From the NCBI GenBank assembly GCA_021803575.1, contig JAJZLH010000010.1, forward strand, positions 11,055 through 75,054: 64,000 nucleotides of DNA. Reading direction: 5' to 3'. Positions within the stretch are counted from its first letter, which is position 1, and every line of letters begins with the position of its first letter. The position numbers and the translations under genes are program-made. Positions 9,371 to 18,856 of the stretch are shown one piece after another. The notes beneath the pieces are model-generated. The model did not search any database, was not told the DNA's origin, and was given only the letters and a program-made list of their open reading frames with translations. The stretch comes from Bacillota bacterium. GTDB lineage: Bacteria; Bacillota; Sulfobacillia; JAJZYS01; JAJZLH01.

Positions 9371-9550
9371 CTAGACCGAGCGTCTGACTTTGGCCGTTTG
9401 CTTCTTCACGGTCTTTCCGGCCCTGGTGACCGCCTTCTTGACTTCCTTGGCCTTCTCATTGACAGTTTTCTTCATTTCCTTGGTCTTGTCGCGGGTTGCC
9501 TCGCGGATGTCCTTCATTCCTTGTTTCATTGCCTGCGTGGTCTTCGCCAT
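9371..9550 (-). CDS. unannotated small protein, 59 aa, Lys-rich with three 11-residue repeats (LEA-like / stress or nucleic-acid-binding?)
   Basis: Absent from the ORF track (below its 60-aa limit). Minus-strand ATG at 9550-9548 is preceded by GAGGAGGGG at 6-nt spacing; TAG stop at 9373-9371. Translation: MAKTTQAMKQGMKDIREATRDKTKEMKKTVNEKAKEVKKAVTRAGKTVKKQTAKVRRSV. Repeats KEMKKTVNEKA / KEVKKAVTRAG / KTVKKQTAKVR. An AT-rich island (about 9575-9640) lies immediately upstream in a ~70% GC genome. Confidence 0.5.
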   Translation of the reverse strand: MAKTTQAMKQGMKDIREATRDKTKEMKKTVNEKAKEVKKAVTRAGKTVKKQTAKVRRSV

Positions 9551-9905
9551 TTCGGGCCCCTCCTCAGATTGGAACTCGCCTCATAAAAGTAAGTTTACAC
9601 CAATAATAGCGGTTAAAACCATTTTGCCGAGAAAGATCGCAGATGCGAGATGGGCATGGGCAGCACAGGGTTGAGACAGCTCTGGCCGGACGCCGCCGCC
9701 ACCCACCGCGCTGGCAGCAGTGCCGCGAACGGACGCATACCAGCGCTGGCCGGTAGTTTGGCAGGTGACAGGGCGGGGAGCGGCGCCGTTGGAGGGGCGT
9801 TGTGACGAAGCGACGGCGCGAGGAGACGGTTGGGCGGCGCGCCAAAATAGGAGAGGTCATTGGCAGACAGGTCGCACACTGCACCGTCTGCCCTTAGGTC
9901 AAATC

Positions 9906-9981
9906 TGGTGGAGGCGGGGGGAATCGAACCCCCGACCTATTGATTGCGAACCAATCGCTCTCCCGACTGAGCTACGCCCCC
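9906..9981 (-). tRNA. tRNA-Ala (anticodon CGC)
   Basis: Reverse complement reads GGGGGCGTAGCTCAGTCGGGAGAGCGATTGGTTCGCAATCAATAGGTCGGGGGTTCGATTCCCCCGCCTCCACCA. It has a 7-bp acceptor stem with the G3:U70 wobble diagnostic of tRNA-Ala, a D-arm GCTC/GAGC, an anticodon loop TTCGCAA (anticodon CGC), a T-arm GGGGG/CCCCC with TTCGATT loop, and an encoded CCA. Confidence 0.85.
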
Positions 9982-10081
9982 ACACCGTGAGTTTAGGACC
10001 GACGGCGCGGGGTGGTCAAGGCGCGAAATTTGCAGGCGAGGCGAGGCAACAGGGAGGAACGCGTGGTAGGATCAAGAACAA

Positions 10082-10549
10082 ATGTGGGGGCAAGTGGGGA
10101 AGGGTGGTGGAGAGGTGTTCACAGGGGAGTTCCGCCACGCCTTGGACGAAAAAGGCCGCCTCTTCATCCCCACTAGGTTTCGTCAGTCACTTGGTGTGCG
10201 CTTCATCCTGACCAAGGGACTGGACGGCTGCCTGTTCGTCTATAGCCTGGGTGACTGGGAAGAGATCGAGAGCAAGCTGCGTGAGATGTCCTTCGCCAAT
10301 CCCGATGCCCGGCACTTCTCCCGCTTCTTCCTCGGCGGCGCCGAGGAGGTGGAGGCAGATCGTCAGGGCCGGGTGCTGCTGTCGCAACCGCTGCGCCAAC
10401 ACGCCCGGCTGAGCAAAGGGGCGGTCATCCTGGGAGTGGGGGATCGCGTCGAGATCTGGTCGGACGAGACCTGGGCAGCCTATCTCAAGTCCGACGGCCT
10501 GGAGCCAGAGCAGATGGCCAAGAACCTGTCTGAGGTCGGTGCCTTATGA
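10082..10549 (+). CDS. mraZ: transcriptional regulator MraZ
   Basis: 'FTGEFRHALDEKGRLFIPTRFR' and a second 'ADRQGRVLL' half-domain (duplicated MraZ fold). First gene of the dcw cluster. Start uncertain: ATG 10082, or the in-frame GTG at 10115. Confidence 0.8.
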   Translation: MWGQVGKGGGEVFTGEFRHALDEKGRLFIPTRFRQSLGVRFILTKGLDGCLFVYSLGDWEEIESKLREMSFANPDARHFSRFFLGGAEEVEADRQGRVLLSQPLRQHARLSKGAVILGVGDRVEIWSDETWAAYLKSDGLEPEQMAKNLSEVGAL

Positions 10550-11433
10550 TGACCACCCTCACGCATACCCCCGTCATGCTGGACGAGGTGCTATCTCTGC
10601 TCGAGCCTGCCCCTGGCATGACCTACGTCGATGTCACCATCGGCGGTGCCGGGCACGCCGTGGAGATAGCAGGGCGGATCGGGCCTACTGGGCGCGTGAT
10701 CGGCATCGATCGGGATCCGTGGGCGATCGAGGCGGCGGCGCGCCGTCTGGCTGAGACAAATGTCCCGTTTAGCCTGCACCACGGCCGGTTCAGCGAGTTA
10801 GAGCGGTTTCTGGCAGCCGACGGCGTGAGTGAGGTTGACCTCTTGCACGCCGACCTCGGCGTGTCTTCTGCTCAACTGGACGACGGCACGCGCGGCTTCT
10901 CCTATGCCGTCGATGCTGAACTGGATATGCGCATGGACCCGACTGAGGGTGAGTCCGCTGCGTTGCTCCTGGCCAGAGCGCCTGAACGGGAACTGGAAGA
11001 CATAATCGCGAACTACGGCGAGGAGCGCTATGCACGACGAATTGCCAAAGAGATTGTTCGGGCCAGACGTACGAGCCCCATCGCCACCACCGGAGATCTG
11101 AGCGCCATAATTCGAAACGCCATCCCGGGCCCAGCCAGGCGGGGACCGGGGCACCCTGCTAGGCGAACATTTCAGGCGCTGCGCATTGCGGTCAATCAAG
11201 AGTTGCAGGAACTAGAAGGTCTTTTGTCAACTGTCCCGAACGTGCTTAGACTTGGTGGCCGTGCCACCGTGCTCGCATTCCACTCACTGGAGGATCGCCG
11301 CGTGAAGCAGGCCTTCCAGGCACCTACGCTTCACCGTCTGACCAGCAAACCGTTGCGGGCGACCGAGGAAGAGGTCGGCCGCAACCGACGGGCGCGCAGT
11401 GCCAAGCTGCGCGCCGTAGAGCGTGTGCAGTGA
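10546..11433 (+). CDS. rsmH: 16S rRNA (cytosine1402-N4)-methyltransferase RsmH (MraW)
   Basis: 'HTPVMLDEVL...YVDVTIGGAGHA' SAM-binding region; start overlaps the mraZ stop (ATGA). Confidence 0.9.
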   Translation: MMTTLTHTPVMLDEVLSLLEPAPGMTYVDVTIGGAGHAVEIAGRIGPTGRVIGIDRDPWAIEAAARRLAETNVPFSLHHGRFSELERFLAADGVSEVDLLHADLGVSSAQLDDGTRGFSYAVDAELDMRMDPTEGESAALLLARAPERELEDIIANYGEERYARRIAKEIVRARRTSPIATTGDLSAIIRNAIPGPARRGPGHPARRTFQALRIAVNQELQELEGLLSTVPNVLRLGGRATVLAFHSLEDRRVKQAFQAPTLHRLTSKPLRATEEEVGRNRRARSAKLRAVERVQ

Positions 11434-11470
11434 CCGCTGCTGAGACCGAGAGCCTGGCAAGGGTGGGTGG

Positions 11471-11911
11471 GTGCCGATGATGCCGGTGGAGAAGCTGTCT
11501 AGGTCGTTGCTCCAGGAGCAGGAGACGCCTGTCGTGACCCGTCCGGCGCCGAGGCCGGCCTGGCTGCGCATCTCACTCACCTGGGCCGTGCTGACAGCTG
11601 CCGCACTGTGGACGGCTGGCGGTTTCGTGCGGGCCTCGGTGCTCGGGTACCAGATCGACGCCCTCCAGGCCGAGTCGCAGGTGCTGACCGCTCGGCACCA
11701 GGGCCTGGAGGCGCAGCTCTCGGCGATGACCAACCCCGCCCAGCTGGCGGCGTTCGCCAGCGCCGAGCATCTCAGCAGCCCGCCCACGGTCTTGGTGGTC
11801 AAGGGCAGCGGGTCGGCACCGGCCCGGATGACGACGGCCTCGACCAGTGCCTGGAAGTCAGGGCTCGATGCGATTGAAGGGGCCTTCGCCAACGCCTTGG
11901 TGATGTGGTAG
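11471..11911 (+). CDS. ftsL: cell division protein FtsL-like (bitopic, coiled-coil)
   Basis: Position between rsmH and murE; single TM 'ISLTWAVLTAAALWTAGGFV' followed by a coiled-coil 'IDALQAESQVLTARHQGLEAQLSAM'. Confidence 0.6.
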   Translation: MPMMPVEKLSRSLLQEQETPVVTRPAPRPAWLRISLTWAVLTAAALWTAGGFVRASVLGYQIDALQAESQVLTARHQGLEAQLSAMTNPAQLAAFASAEHLSSPPTVLVVKGSGSAPARMTTASTSAWKSGLDAIEGAFANALVMW

Positions 11912-12004
11912 CTCCCTCCTGACCTGGGGCTCTGGCCCCGGTATGATACGGGAAGAAGACGCCCCGTTTGGATAGGCGTCGATCACCCGCCTGGAGGTCA
12001 CGAC

Positions 12005-13447
12005 ATGCGACTTCGGCAGCTGGCTGACCTGGGGACACTTTGGGGCGAAGACGTGGAAGTCAAGGGGATCTGCTACGACTCCCGGCGCTGTCGGCCGGGG
12101 GATTTGTTTGTGGCCATCAGAGGTGCACATGCGGATGGTCGGCAGTTCATCGCCGAGGCCGTGGCCAAGGGGGCAGTGGCTGTGGTCAGCGAGCAGCCTG
12201 CGCCGGCCTTGGCCGTGCCGCAGCTGGCGGTAGGGGACGCCCGCGCCGCCCTGCCCGAGATCGCCAACCGCTTCTATGACCGTCCGGCCAGCCAGCTCAA
12301 GCTGATTGGTGTGACTGGCACCAACGGTAAGTCGACGGTTGCCTTTGTCGTGGCCGAACTGTTGAAGCTTATCGGTCAGCCCTGCGGCCTGATCGGCACG
12401 GTGCAGGTTGACACCGGCAGCCGGAGCGTCACAGAGGACCGCACGACGCCGGAGGCGCCCGACCTGTGCCGCTACCTGCGCGAGATGGTGGACAACGGCC
12501 TGCCGTACGCGGCGATGGAGGTGTCATCGCACGCCCTGGCGCTGCAGCGGGTGCAGGGGCTTCACTTTGCGGCCGCCCTTTTCACCAATCTGACCCGCGA
12601 CCACCTTGACTTCCACGGCACGATGGAGGCATACGGCGAGGCCAAGGCCAGGCTGTTCCGCTCCCTGGCCAAGGATGGCCTCGCCGTCCTGAACCGAGAC
12701 GACCCGGCTCACCGGGTGATGGCGGCGGAGGTGCGGGCACCGGTTGTCACTTACGGCGTCCACTCTCCGGCAGCCGACTTTCGGGCCACTCACATCACCC
12801 TGGCGGCCGATCGGACAGAATTCGTCCTGAGCGGACCGAGCGTTCGCCTGGAGGTGAGAAGCCGCCTGATCGGCCGCTTCAATGTGAGCAATCTGCTCGG
12901 CGCCCTGACCCTCCTGATCACGACGGGGCAGGACCCGGAGCGGCTGGCCGGCGCCCTGCCCCGGCTCGGCGGAGTCCCGGGCCGCTTCGAGCGGGTCGAT
13001 GGAGGCGGCTCCGTCGCCGTGGTCGTGGACTATGCGCACACGCCGGACGGCCTCGAGAAGGCGCTGGCGGCGGCCAGAGAGGTCACGAGCGGGCGCGTCA
13101 TCGTGGTCGTCGGCTGCGGCGGTGACCGGGATCGGGGCAAGCGGGCGCCGATGGGCCAGATCGCCACCAGTCAGGCCGATCTGGCCATCCTCACCTCCGA
13201 TAACCCGCGCAGCGAAGACCCGCTCGAGATCCTGGCGGCGATGGAGGTCGGTGCCAGCAGGGGAGGGGCTCCCTACCGGACGGTGCCAGATCGCCGCCTG
13301 GCCATCGCCGAGGCACTGGCCAGCGCCAGGGCCGGCGACCTGGTGCTGATCGCCGGCAAGGGCCATGAGGCCGTCCAGGTGATCGGCGAGCGATCTGTGC
13401 CCTTCGACGATCGCCAGGTGGCGAGAGAGTTGATGGCCCAGGCGTGA
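12005..13447 (+). CDS. murE: UDP-N-acetylmuramoyl-L-alanyl-D-glutamate--2,6-diaminopimelate ligase MurE
   Basis: P-loop 'GVTGTNGKST'; the 'DNPR' motif ('TSDNPRSEDP') indicates meso-DAP specificity; GGAGG before the ATG. Confidence 0.9.
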   Translation: MRLRQLADLGTLWGEDVEVKGICYDSRRCRPGDLFVAIRGAHADGRQFIAEAVAKGAVAVVSEQPAPALAVPQLAVGDARAALPEIANRFYDRPASQLKLIGVTGTNGKSTVAFVVAELLKLIGQPCGLIGTVQVDTGSRSVTEDRTTPEAPDLCRYLREMVDNGLPYAAMEVSSHALALQRVQGLHFAAALFTNLTRDHLDFHGTMEAYGEAKARLFRSLAKDGLAVLNRDDPAHRVMAAEVRAPVVTYGVHSPAADFRATHITLAADRTEFVLSGPSVRLEVRSRLIGRFNVSNLLGALTLLITTGQDPERLAGALPRLGGVPGRFERVDGGGSVAVVVDYAHTPDGLEKALAAAREVTSGRVIVVVGCGGDRDRGKRAPMGQIATSQADLAILTSDNPRSEDPLEILAAMEVGASRGGAPYRTVPDRRLAIAEALASARAGDLVLIAGKGHEAVQVIGERSVPFDDRQVARELMAQA

Positions 13448-14802
13448 TCACGCTCAGAGATCTTCTTGCCGACACCGGCGGCGTGGCCGTCGGCCTGGAT
13501 GGCGGCCACCGCTTCGAGTTGGCCAGCGCCGACTCTCGTCAGTGCCCGCCGGGAGCCCTGTTCGCCGCCGTGCGCGGTGACCACCTGGACGGCCACCGCT
13601 TCGCCCAGGCCGCACTCGAGCAGGGAGCCGGTGCCGTGCTGGTGGACGAGCCAGGCGGCTGGTCGCCGCGCATCGAGGTCCCGGATGTGAGGCGAGCTCT
13701 CTTTCAGATCCTGGCCGGGCAGCGCCGGCGCTATGGCGGACAGGTGGTGGCCGTCACCGGCTCCGTCGGCAAGACCACGACCAAGGATCTGCTGGCGCAG
13801 CTGATGGCTCCGTATCGGCGCACCTTCCGCTCGCCCGGCAACCTGAACAGTAATGTCGGCCTGCCTCTGGCCGCCGTGTCTCTCAGCGCAGACGACCAGC
13901 TGGCGGTCGTGGAGATGGCGATGCGGCTGCCAGGGGAGATCCATGAACTGGCCCTGGCCTGCCCGCCCGATCTAGCCATCGTCACGCGCATCGGTGTCAG
14001 CCACATCGGCCGCCTGGGCTCGGTGGAGGCGATCGCCCGCGCCAAGGGGGAGCTCTTCGGTGCCCTCTCTGGCCGTGGCGTGGCCATCTTGAACGCCGAC
14101 GATCCGTGGTCCGACTACCTGGCCCTGCTCGCCCCCGGACGGGCGCTGCGGGCTGGCCAGGCCGAGGGCGCCGACCTGCGCCTGGAGGTGCGTGAGGACA
14201 AGGGCCTGGCCGGCTGGAGTGTGACTCTGAGGGGCGCTGGGCAGTCGGTCGCGGCCGAGTTCTCCTGGCCAGGCACGGGAGCGCTGGAGGCACTGGCCCT
14301 CGCCGCCCAGGCCGCACTGGCACTCGGCCTCAGCCTGACGGAGATCGCCGCCGCCGTCAGCCACCTCGATCCGGCCGCCTCCCGACTGGTGATCTGGGAG
14401 GCGCATGGCGTCCTGGTGCTCGATGACGCCTACAACGCCTCGCCCCAGTCTGTGGCAGCGGCGCTCCGACTGCTCGGCTCGGTCAAGGGCCGGCGACGGG
14501 TGGCCATCCTGGGCGAGATGCGGGAGCTGGGCGCCCACAGCCGAGAGCTCCATCTGGAGGTGGGCCGCATGGCTGGCTTGGCGGTGGACCAGCTGGTGTG
14601 CGTCGGTGAAGGCGGCCAAGAGATCGCAGCCGGGGCGCGGGCAGCCGGCCTGGCAGACCGCTCCATCCACCTCACCTCGGACCGCCGGATGGCCGCGGCG
14701 CTCAGCCGTCGCCTGCTCGAGCCGGGGGATGCCGTGCTGGTCAAGGCGTCTCGGGCCGTCGGCCTGGACGGCCTGCTGCGGGAGGTGCTGGGCGATGGCT
14801 AG
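13444..14802 (+). CDS. murF: UDP-N-acetylmuramoyl-tripeptide--D-alanyl-D-alanine ligase MurF
   Basis: 'VAVTGSVGKTTTKDLL'; GTG start overlaps the murE stop. Confidence 0.9.
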   Translation: MITLRDLLADTGGVAVGLDGGHRFELASADSRQCPPGALFAAVRGDHLDGHRFAQAALEQGAGAVLVDEPGGWSPRIEVPDVRRALFQILAGQRRRYGGQVVAVTGSVGKTTTKDLLAQLMAPYRRTFRSPGNLNSNVGLPLAAVSLSADDQLAVVEMAMRLPGEIHELALACPPDLAIVTRIGVSHIGRLGSVEAIARAKGELFGALSGRGVAILNADDPWSDYLALLAPGRALRAGQAEGADLRLEVREDKGLAGWSVTLRGAGQSVAAEFSWPGTGALEALALAAQAALALGLSLTEIAAAVSHLDPAASRLVIWEAHGVLVLDDAYNASPQSVAAALRLLGSVKGRRRVAILGEMRELGAHSRELHLEVGRMAGLAVDQLVCVGEGGQEIAAGARAAGLADRSIHLTSDRRMAAALSRRLLEPGDAVLVKASRAVGLDGLLREVLGDG

Positions 14803-15745
14803 CGTCGTCGCAGCCGCACTGGCCCTGGCCCTGACCCTGGTCGGCACCCGCTGGTGGATCGCCCAGCCGTGGGCTGCCCGCCAGCCGGTGCGTAGCGACG
14901 GGCCAGCCAGTCATCAGAGCAAGGCTGGCACGCCGACCATGGGCGGCGTGGTCTTCACCGCCGGGATGGTGGCGGCCGTGGCCCTCACCGGCAGCGCAGG
15001 CGGCCGCACCGGCTGGGCCGTGATCGGACTGGTAGTGGCGATGGCCGCCATCGGCTTCGCCGATGACTGGGTGAAGGTGCGCCGGCGCAAGCCGCTCGGC
15101 CTGAGAGCCCGCGGCAAGATGATCGCCGGCGTGGTGGTGGCCACAGCCTTCGCCCTGGTCGTTCCAGCCAGCGTGCGAGTTGTCCGCCTGCCCCTGGCAG
15201 GGGGTACCTGGCATGCCCCCCTCTGGGCCTTCGTATTGCTGGTAGACCTGGTGGTGGCGGCCAGTGCCAACGGGGCTAACCTGACCGATGGCCTGGACGG
15301 CCTGGCGGCTGGAGTCTCGCTGCCGATCCTGGCCTTCCTGGCCCTGGCCGCCTTCGCCCTGGGCGAGCGGCCGGAGGGGACGATCGCGCTGGTGCTCCTG
15401 GCGGCCCTGTTGGCCTTCCTGGCCTACAACCGGCACCCGGCTCGTCTGATCATGGGCGACACTGGGGCGTTCGCCATCGGGGGGGCCATGGCCGGGCTGG
15501 CGGTTGCCACCGGCTGGGAGGTCCTCTTGCCGGTGGCGGCCGCCGTGCTGGTCGCTGAGACCCTGTCGGTCATCTTGCAGGTGATATCCTTTCGCACCAC
15601 CGGCCGCCGCATCTTCCGGATGAGCCCGCTCCACCACCACTTCGAACTGGGCGGCTGGAGCGAGCCACAGGTGGTGACGCGCTTTGTCCTGAGCAGCCTC
15701 TTCGCCTGTGGCCTGGCTGGGCTGCTGTGGGGGGTGCGGCTGTGA
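14795..15745 (+). CDS. mraY: phospho-N-acetylmuramoyl-pentapeptide transferase MraY
   Basis: ATG at M131 of ORF 14405-15745 ('MASVVAAALALALTLVG'); 'NGANLTDGLDGLAAG' MraY signature; overlaps the murF stop by 8 nt. Confidence 0.9.
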   Translation: MASVVAAALALALTLVGTRWWIAQPWAARQPVRSDGPASHQSKAGTPTMGGVVFTAGMVAAVALTGSAGGRTGWAVIGLVVAMAAIGFADDWVKVRRRKPLGLRARGKMIAGVVVATAFALVVPASVRVVRLPLAGGTWHAPLWAFVLLVDLVVAASANGANLTDGLDGLAAGVSLPILAFLALAAFALGERPEGTIALVLLAALLAFLAYNRHPARLIMGDTGAFAIGGAMAGLAVATGWEVLLPVAAAVLVAETLSVILQVISFRTTGRRIFRMSPLHHHFELGGWSEPQVVTRFVLSSLFACGLAGLLWGVRL

Positions 15746-16851
15746 AACCGGCAAGGCTGCCGGCTGTCGACCAGCGCCTGGTGGTGCTGGTCATGGCACT
15801 GCTCGGAATGGGCGTCGTGATGGTTTTCTCGGCCAGTTCCGTCACCGCCTACGTCAACTTCAATACGCCCTATTATTTCCTGATCAGGCAGCTGATCTGG
15901 GCAGCGCTGGGCGGGGCTGCGGCCTGGTTCTTCTCCCGCTACGACTACCACCAGTTTCAGAGGCACACCAAGGCGCTCGGCATCCTGGCCCTCATCCTGC
16001 TGGTGGCGGTCCTCATCCCACACGTCGGGCGCGTCATCGCCGGCGGCAGGCGCTGGCTGGGCTTCGGAGCGCTGGAGTTTCAGCCGTCCGAACTTGCCAA
16101 GCTGGCCCTGGCCATCGTCTTCGCCGGCACCCTGACCTCCGGTCGCTTTCCGCCAGCCGACCTGAAGAAGGGCTTCCTGCCGCACGTCATCGCGGTGGCG
16201 TTGGTGTTCTTCCTGGTGCTGAAGGAGCCGGACCTGGGCACCGCGCTCTGCCTGGGGGCGACCGCCTTCATCATGCTGTATCTGGCCGGTGCCCGGCTCG
16301 GCTACCTGGGCGGAACGCTGCTGGTCGCCATTCCGGCCGTGATCTACGAGGTGGTGCACAAGGCCTACCGGCTGCAACGGCTGCTCGCCTTCATCGACCC
16401 GGCGAAGAACCCATTGGGCTCCGGCTATCACATCCTGCAGTCCCTGTTCGCCCTCGGCTCGGGCGGTTTTGTGGGCGTCGGGCTCGGCCGCTCAGCCTTC
16501 AAGTTCTTCTACCTGCCCGAGCAGTACACCGACTTCATCTTCGCCATCCTGGGCAATGAGCTGGGCTTCATCGGCGGCGCTGTGGTTCTGGTCTTGTTCG
16601 TGATGCTGCTGTGGCGGGGGTTCAAGATCGCGGCTGAGGCGCCGGACTCCTATGGGCGCCTCCTGGCCGCCGGGCTGACCAGCATGATATTGATCCAGGC
16701 CCTGCTCAACGTGGCGGTGGTCACTGACTCCCTGCCGGTCACCGGCGTGCCCCTGCCGTTCATCAGCTACGGCGGCTCGTCGCTGGTCTTCACGCTGATC
16801 GGGGTCGGCATCCTGCTCAATATCTCCCGCCAGCGCCGGGAGCGGAACTGA
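15742..16851 (+). CDS. ftsW: peptidoglycan glycosyltransferase FtsW (SEDS family)
   Basis: 10-TM SEDS protein in dcw context. The GTG at 15742 overlaps the mraY stop (GTGA); an alternative GTG lies at 15727. Confidence 0.8.
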   Translation: MKPARLPAVDQRLVVLVMALLGMGVVMVFSASSVTAYVNFNTPYYFLIRQLIWAALGGAAAWFFSRYDYHQFQRHTKALGILALILLVAVLIPHVGRVIAGGRRWLGFGALEFQPSELAKLALAIVFAGTLTSGRFPPADLKKGFLPHVIAVALVFFLVLKEPDLGTALCLGATAFIMLYLAGARLGYLGGTLLVAIPAVIYEVVHKAYRLQRLLAFIDPAKNPLGSGYHILQSLFALGSGGFVGVGLGRSAFKFFYLPEQYTDFIFAILGNELGFIGGAVVLVLFVMLLWRGFKIAAEAPDSYGRLLAAGLTSMILIQALLNVAVVTDSLPVTGVPLPFISYGGSSLVFTLIGVGILLNISRQRRERN

Positions 16852-17954
16852 TGGCGGGGCCCAGGCCGCTGATTGTGCTGACTGGCGGCGGTACGGCCGG
16901 TCACGTGTCACCTGCCCTGGCCCTGGCCGAGCGCCTGGGCGGCCACTTCGACCTGGTCTTCGCTGGCAGCCCGTACGGCCCGGAGAAAGGCCTGGCACTC
17001 GCAGCCGGCCTCACCTTCGTGCCGGTGGCCGCCGCCGGCCTCGCCCGCAAGGGGCTGATGGCGAAGGGGCGGGCCCTGGCCATGACCGGATGGGGACTGG
17101 CTCAGGCCGCCGCCCACCTCCGCCGCCTCCGCCCGCGGGCGGTGGTCGGCACCGGCGGCTATGTGAGCGGGCCGGTCGGATGGGCAGCCGGCCAGCTGGG
17201 CGTGCCGCTCTACCTCTTGGAGCCGGACGCCAGGCTGGGGGTGGCGAATCGGCTGCTCGCCGCCAAGGCCCGCCGCCTCTTCCTCGGCTTCCCGGATCTG
17301 GCCGACCGGCTGCCGGAGGCGCTTCGGGCGAAGGCGGTGAGCAGCGGGCTGCCGGTGCGGCGGGCGATCGGCCAGGTTGACCGCAACCAGGCCCGCCGCC
17401 AGATGGGGCTGGACAGCGAGCGGCCGGTGCTGCTGATCGTCGGCGGCAGCCTGGGCTCAGCAGCCCTGAACCGCATGGCTGAGCGGGTGGCGGCGGCCAG
17501 GGAGGCGGCTGATGTGCAGCTGATCTGGGCAACCGGCCGCCGCTACCGGGCCGAGGTGTCCACTGGCGCCGGCCCGGGCCGGGTGGTAGTGCCCTATCTC
17601 GATGACATGGCCAGCGCCCTGGCAGCCGCCGACCTGGCCCTGACCAGGGCCGGGGCCGGCACCGTGGCTGAGCTGGCCCAATCCGGACTGCCGGCGGTGC
17701 TAGTGCCATCACCCAACGTCAGCGACGACCAGCAGCTGGAAAATGCCCGGCGGGTCGAAGCGGCGGGCGGCGGCCTCGTGCTGGCGGAAGAAGACCTGGA
17801 GGCCGCGGCCACGCTGACAGAGATCCTTGCCCTCCTGGCCGACCGCCAGCGCCTGGATGCCATGAGCGCCGGCATGCGGCGGGCGGTGCCGGTCGGCGCC
17901 GCCGAGCGCATCGCCGCCATCCTGATCGAAGATCTCTTGGAGGGACGACCGTGA
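16851..17954 (+). CDS. murG: UDP-GlcNAc:Mur-pentapeptide-PP-undecaprenol GlcNAc transferase MurG
   Basis: 'LTGGGTAGHVSPALALAE' N-terminal motif; the ATG overlaps the ftsW stop (TGATG). Confidence 0.9.
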   Translation: MAGPRPLIVLTGGGTAGHVSPALALAERLGGHFDLVFAGSPYGPEKGLALAAGLTFVPVAAAGLARKGLMAKGRALAMTGWGLAQAAAHLRRLRPRAVVGTGGYVSGPVGWAAGQLGVPLYLLEPDARLGVANRLLAAKARRLFLGFPDLADRLPEALRAKAVSSGLPVRRAIGQVDRNQARRQMGLDSERPVLLIVGGSLGSAALNRMAERVAAAREAADVQLIWATGRRYRAEVSTGAGPGRVVVPYLDDMASALAAADLALTRAGAGTVAELAQSGLPAVLVPSPNVSDDQQLENARRVEAAGGGLVLAEEDLEAAATLTEILALLADRQRLDAMSAGMRRAVPVGAAERIAAILIEDLLEGRP

Positions 17955-18856
17955 GCGTCGGCTGGATCGATGCCATCGATGAAGTCGGCGCTGGGCGGGT
18001 CCTGGCCGATGAACCGCTGGCTGGGCGCACCACCCTCCGGGTGGGGGGCAGGGCGGAAGGGCTGCTCGTGCTCGACGACAGGGAGCGGCTGCCAGCCGTG
18101 CTGATGGCCTGCCGGCGGATGGGCGTGCCCTGGCGATTTTTGGGTGCGGGCTCAAACGTGCTGGTAACGGACGGCCGCCTGTCCGGACTGACCATTGCCA
18201 CCGGCCAGCTGCGGGACCTGGCGGTGAGCGGGGAGGTGGTGAGCGCCGGAGCCGGTGTGATGCTGCTCTCCCTGATCGGCTTCGCGCACCGGGCCGGCCT
18301 CACCGGCATGGAGTGGGCAGCTGGCATTCCGGGAACGGTCGGCGGCGGCGTGGTGATGAACGCCGGCGCTCAGGGCGGAGAAATCTCAGACCACCTGCTG
18401 GCGGCAGAGCTGGCCAGTGCCGATGGCCAGATCAGGTGGGTGCCGGTCCAGGACCTCGGCCTCCGCTATCGCCACTCCCGTCTCCAGGAGACAGACGACG
18501 CGGTGGTGGCCGGCCGCTTCCGTCTGGACAGGGGCGATGTGGCCACGGCCGAGGCGAGACTGAGGACCGTCCTAGCCCACCGCCGGGCCACCCAGCCGCA
18601 GGGCAAGAACGCCGGCAGCATGTTCAAGAACCCGCCCGGCCAGAGCGCCGGGCAGCTGATCGAGATGGCAGGAGGCAAGGGCCGTCGCCTCGGCGACGCC
18701 GAGATCTCAACAGTGCATGCCAACTTCATCCTGAACCTGGGCCAGGCCAGGGCCACTGATGTGCTTGCCCTGGCGGACTGGGCGAAGGGCGAGGTCGCTG
18801 CTGCCTTCGCCCAGGAGCTGGAACTGGAGGTGCGGGTGTGGCACGCAGACGCCTGA
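17951..18856 (+). CDS. murB: UDP-N-acetylenolpyruvoylglucosamine reductase MurB
   Basis: FAD-binding 'TTLRVGGRAEGLLV...GAGSNVLV'; overlaps the murG stop. Confidence 0.85.
   Translation: MSVGWIDAIDEVGAGRVLADEPLAGRTTLRVGGRAEGLLVLDDRERLPAVLMACRRMGVPWRFLGAGSNVLVTDGRLSGLTIATGQLRDLAVSGEVVSAGAGVMLLSLIGFAHRAGLTGMEWAAGIPGTVGGGVVMNAGAQGGEISDHLLAAELASADGQIRWVPVQDLGLRYRHSRLQETDDAVVAGRFRLDRGDVATAEARLRTVLAHRRATQPQGKNAGSMFKNPPGQSAGQLIEMAGGKGRRLGDAEISTVHANFILNLGQARATDVLALADWAKGEVAAAFAQELELEVRVWHADA

Noticed and set aside
9836-9905. Hairpin (GGCAGAC...GTCTGCC) downstream of tRNA-Ala on the minus strand
   Set aside because: The loop is long (~17 nt) and the U-tract is displaced ~12 nt from the stem. It is not convincing as a terminator and could be a tRNA 3' processing structure.
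10000-10081. MraZ-box direct repeats (TGGGN-type) upstream of mraZ
   Set aside because: No regularly spaced repeat series was found by eye; this needs a motif search rather than inspection.
9720-10211. 163-aa plus-strand ORF spanning the tRNA-Ala locus
   Set aside because: Its frame simply reads through the tRNA gene and the mraZ upstream region; the tRNA structure explains the sequence better.
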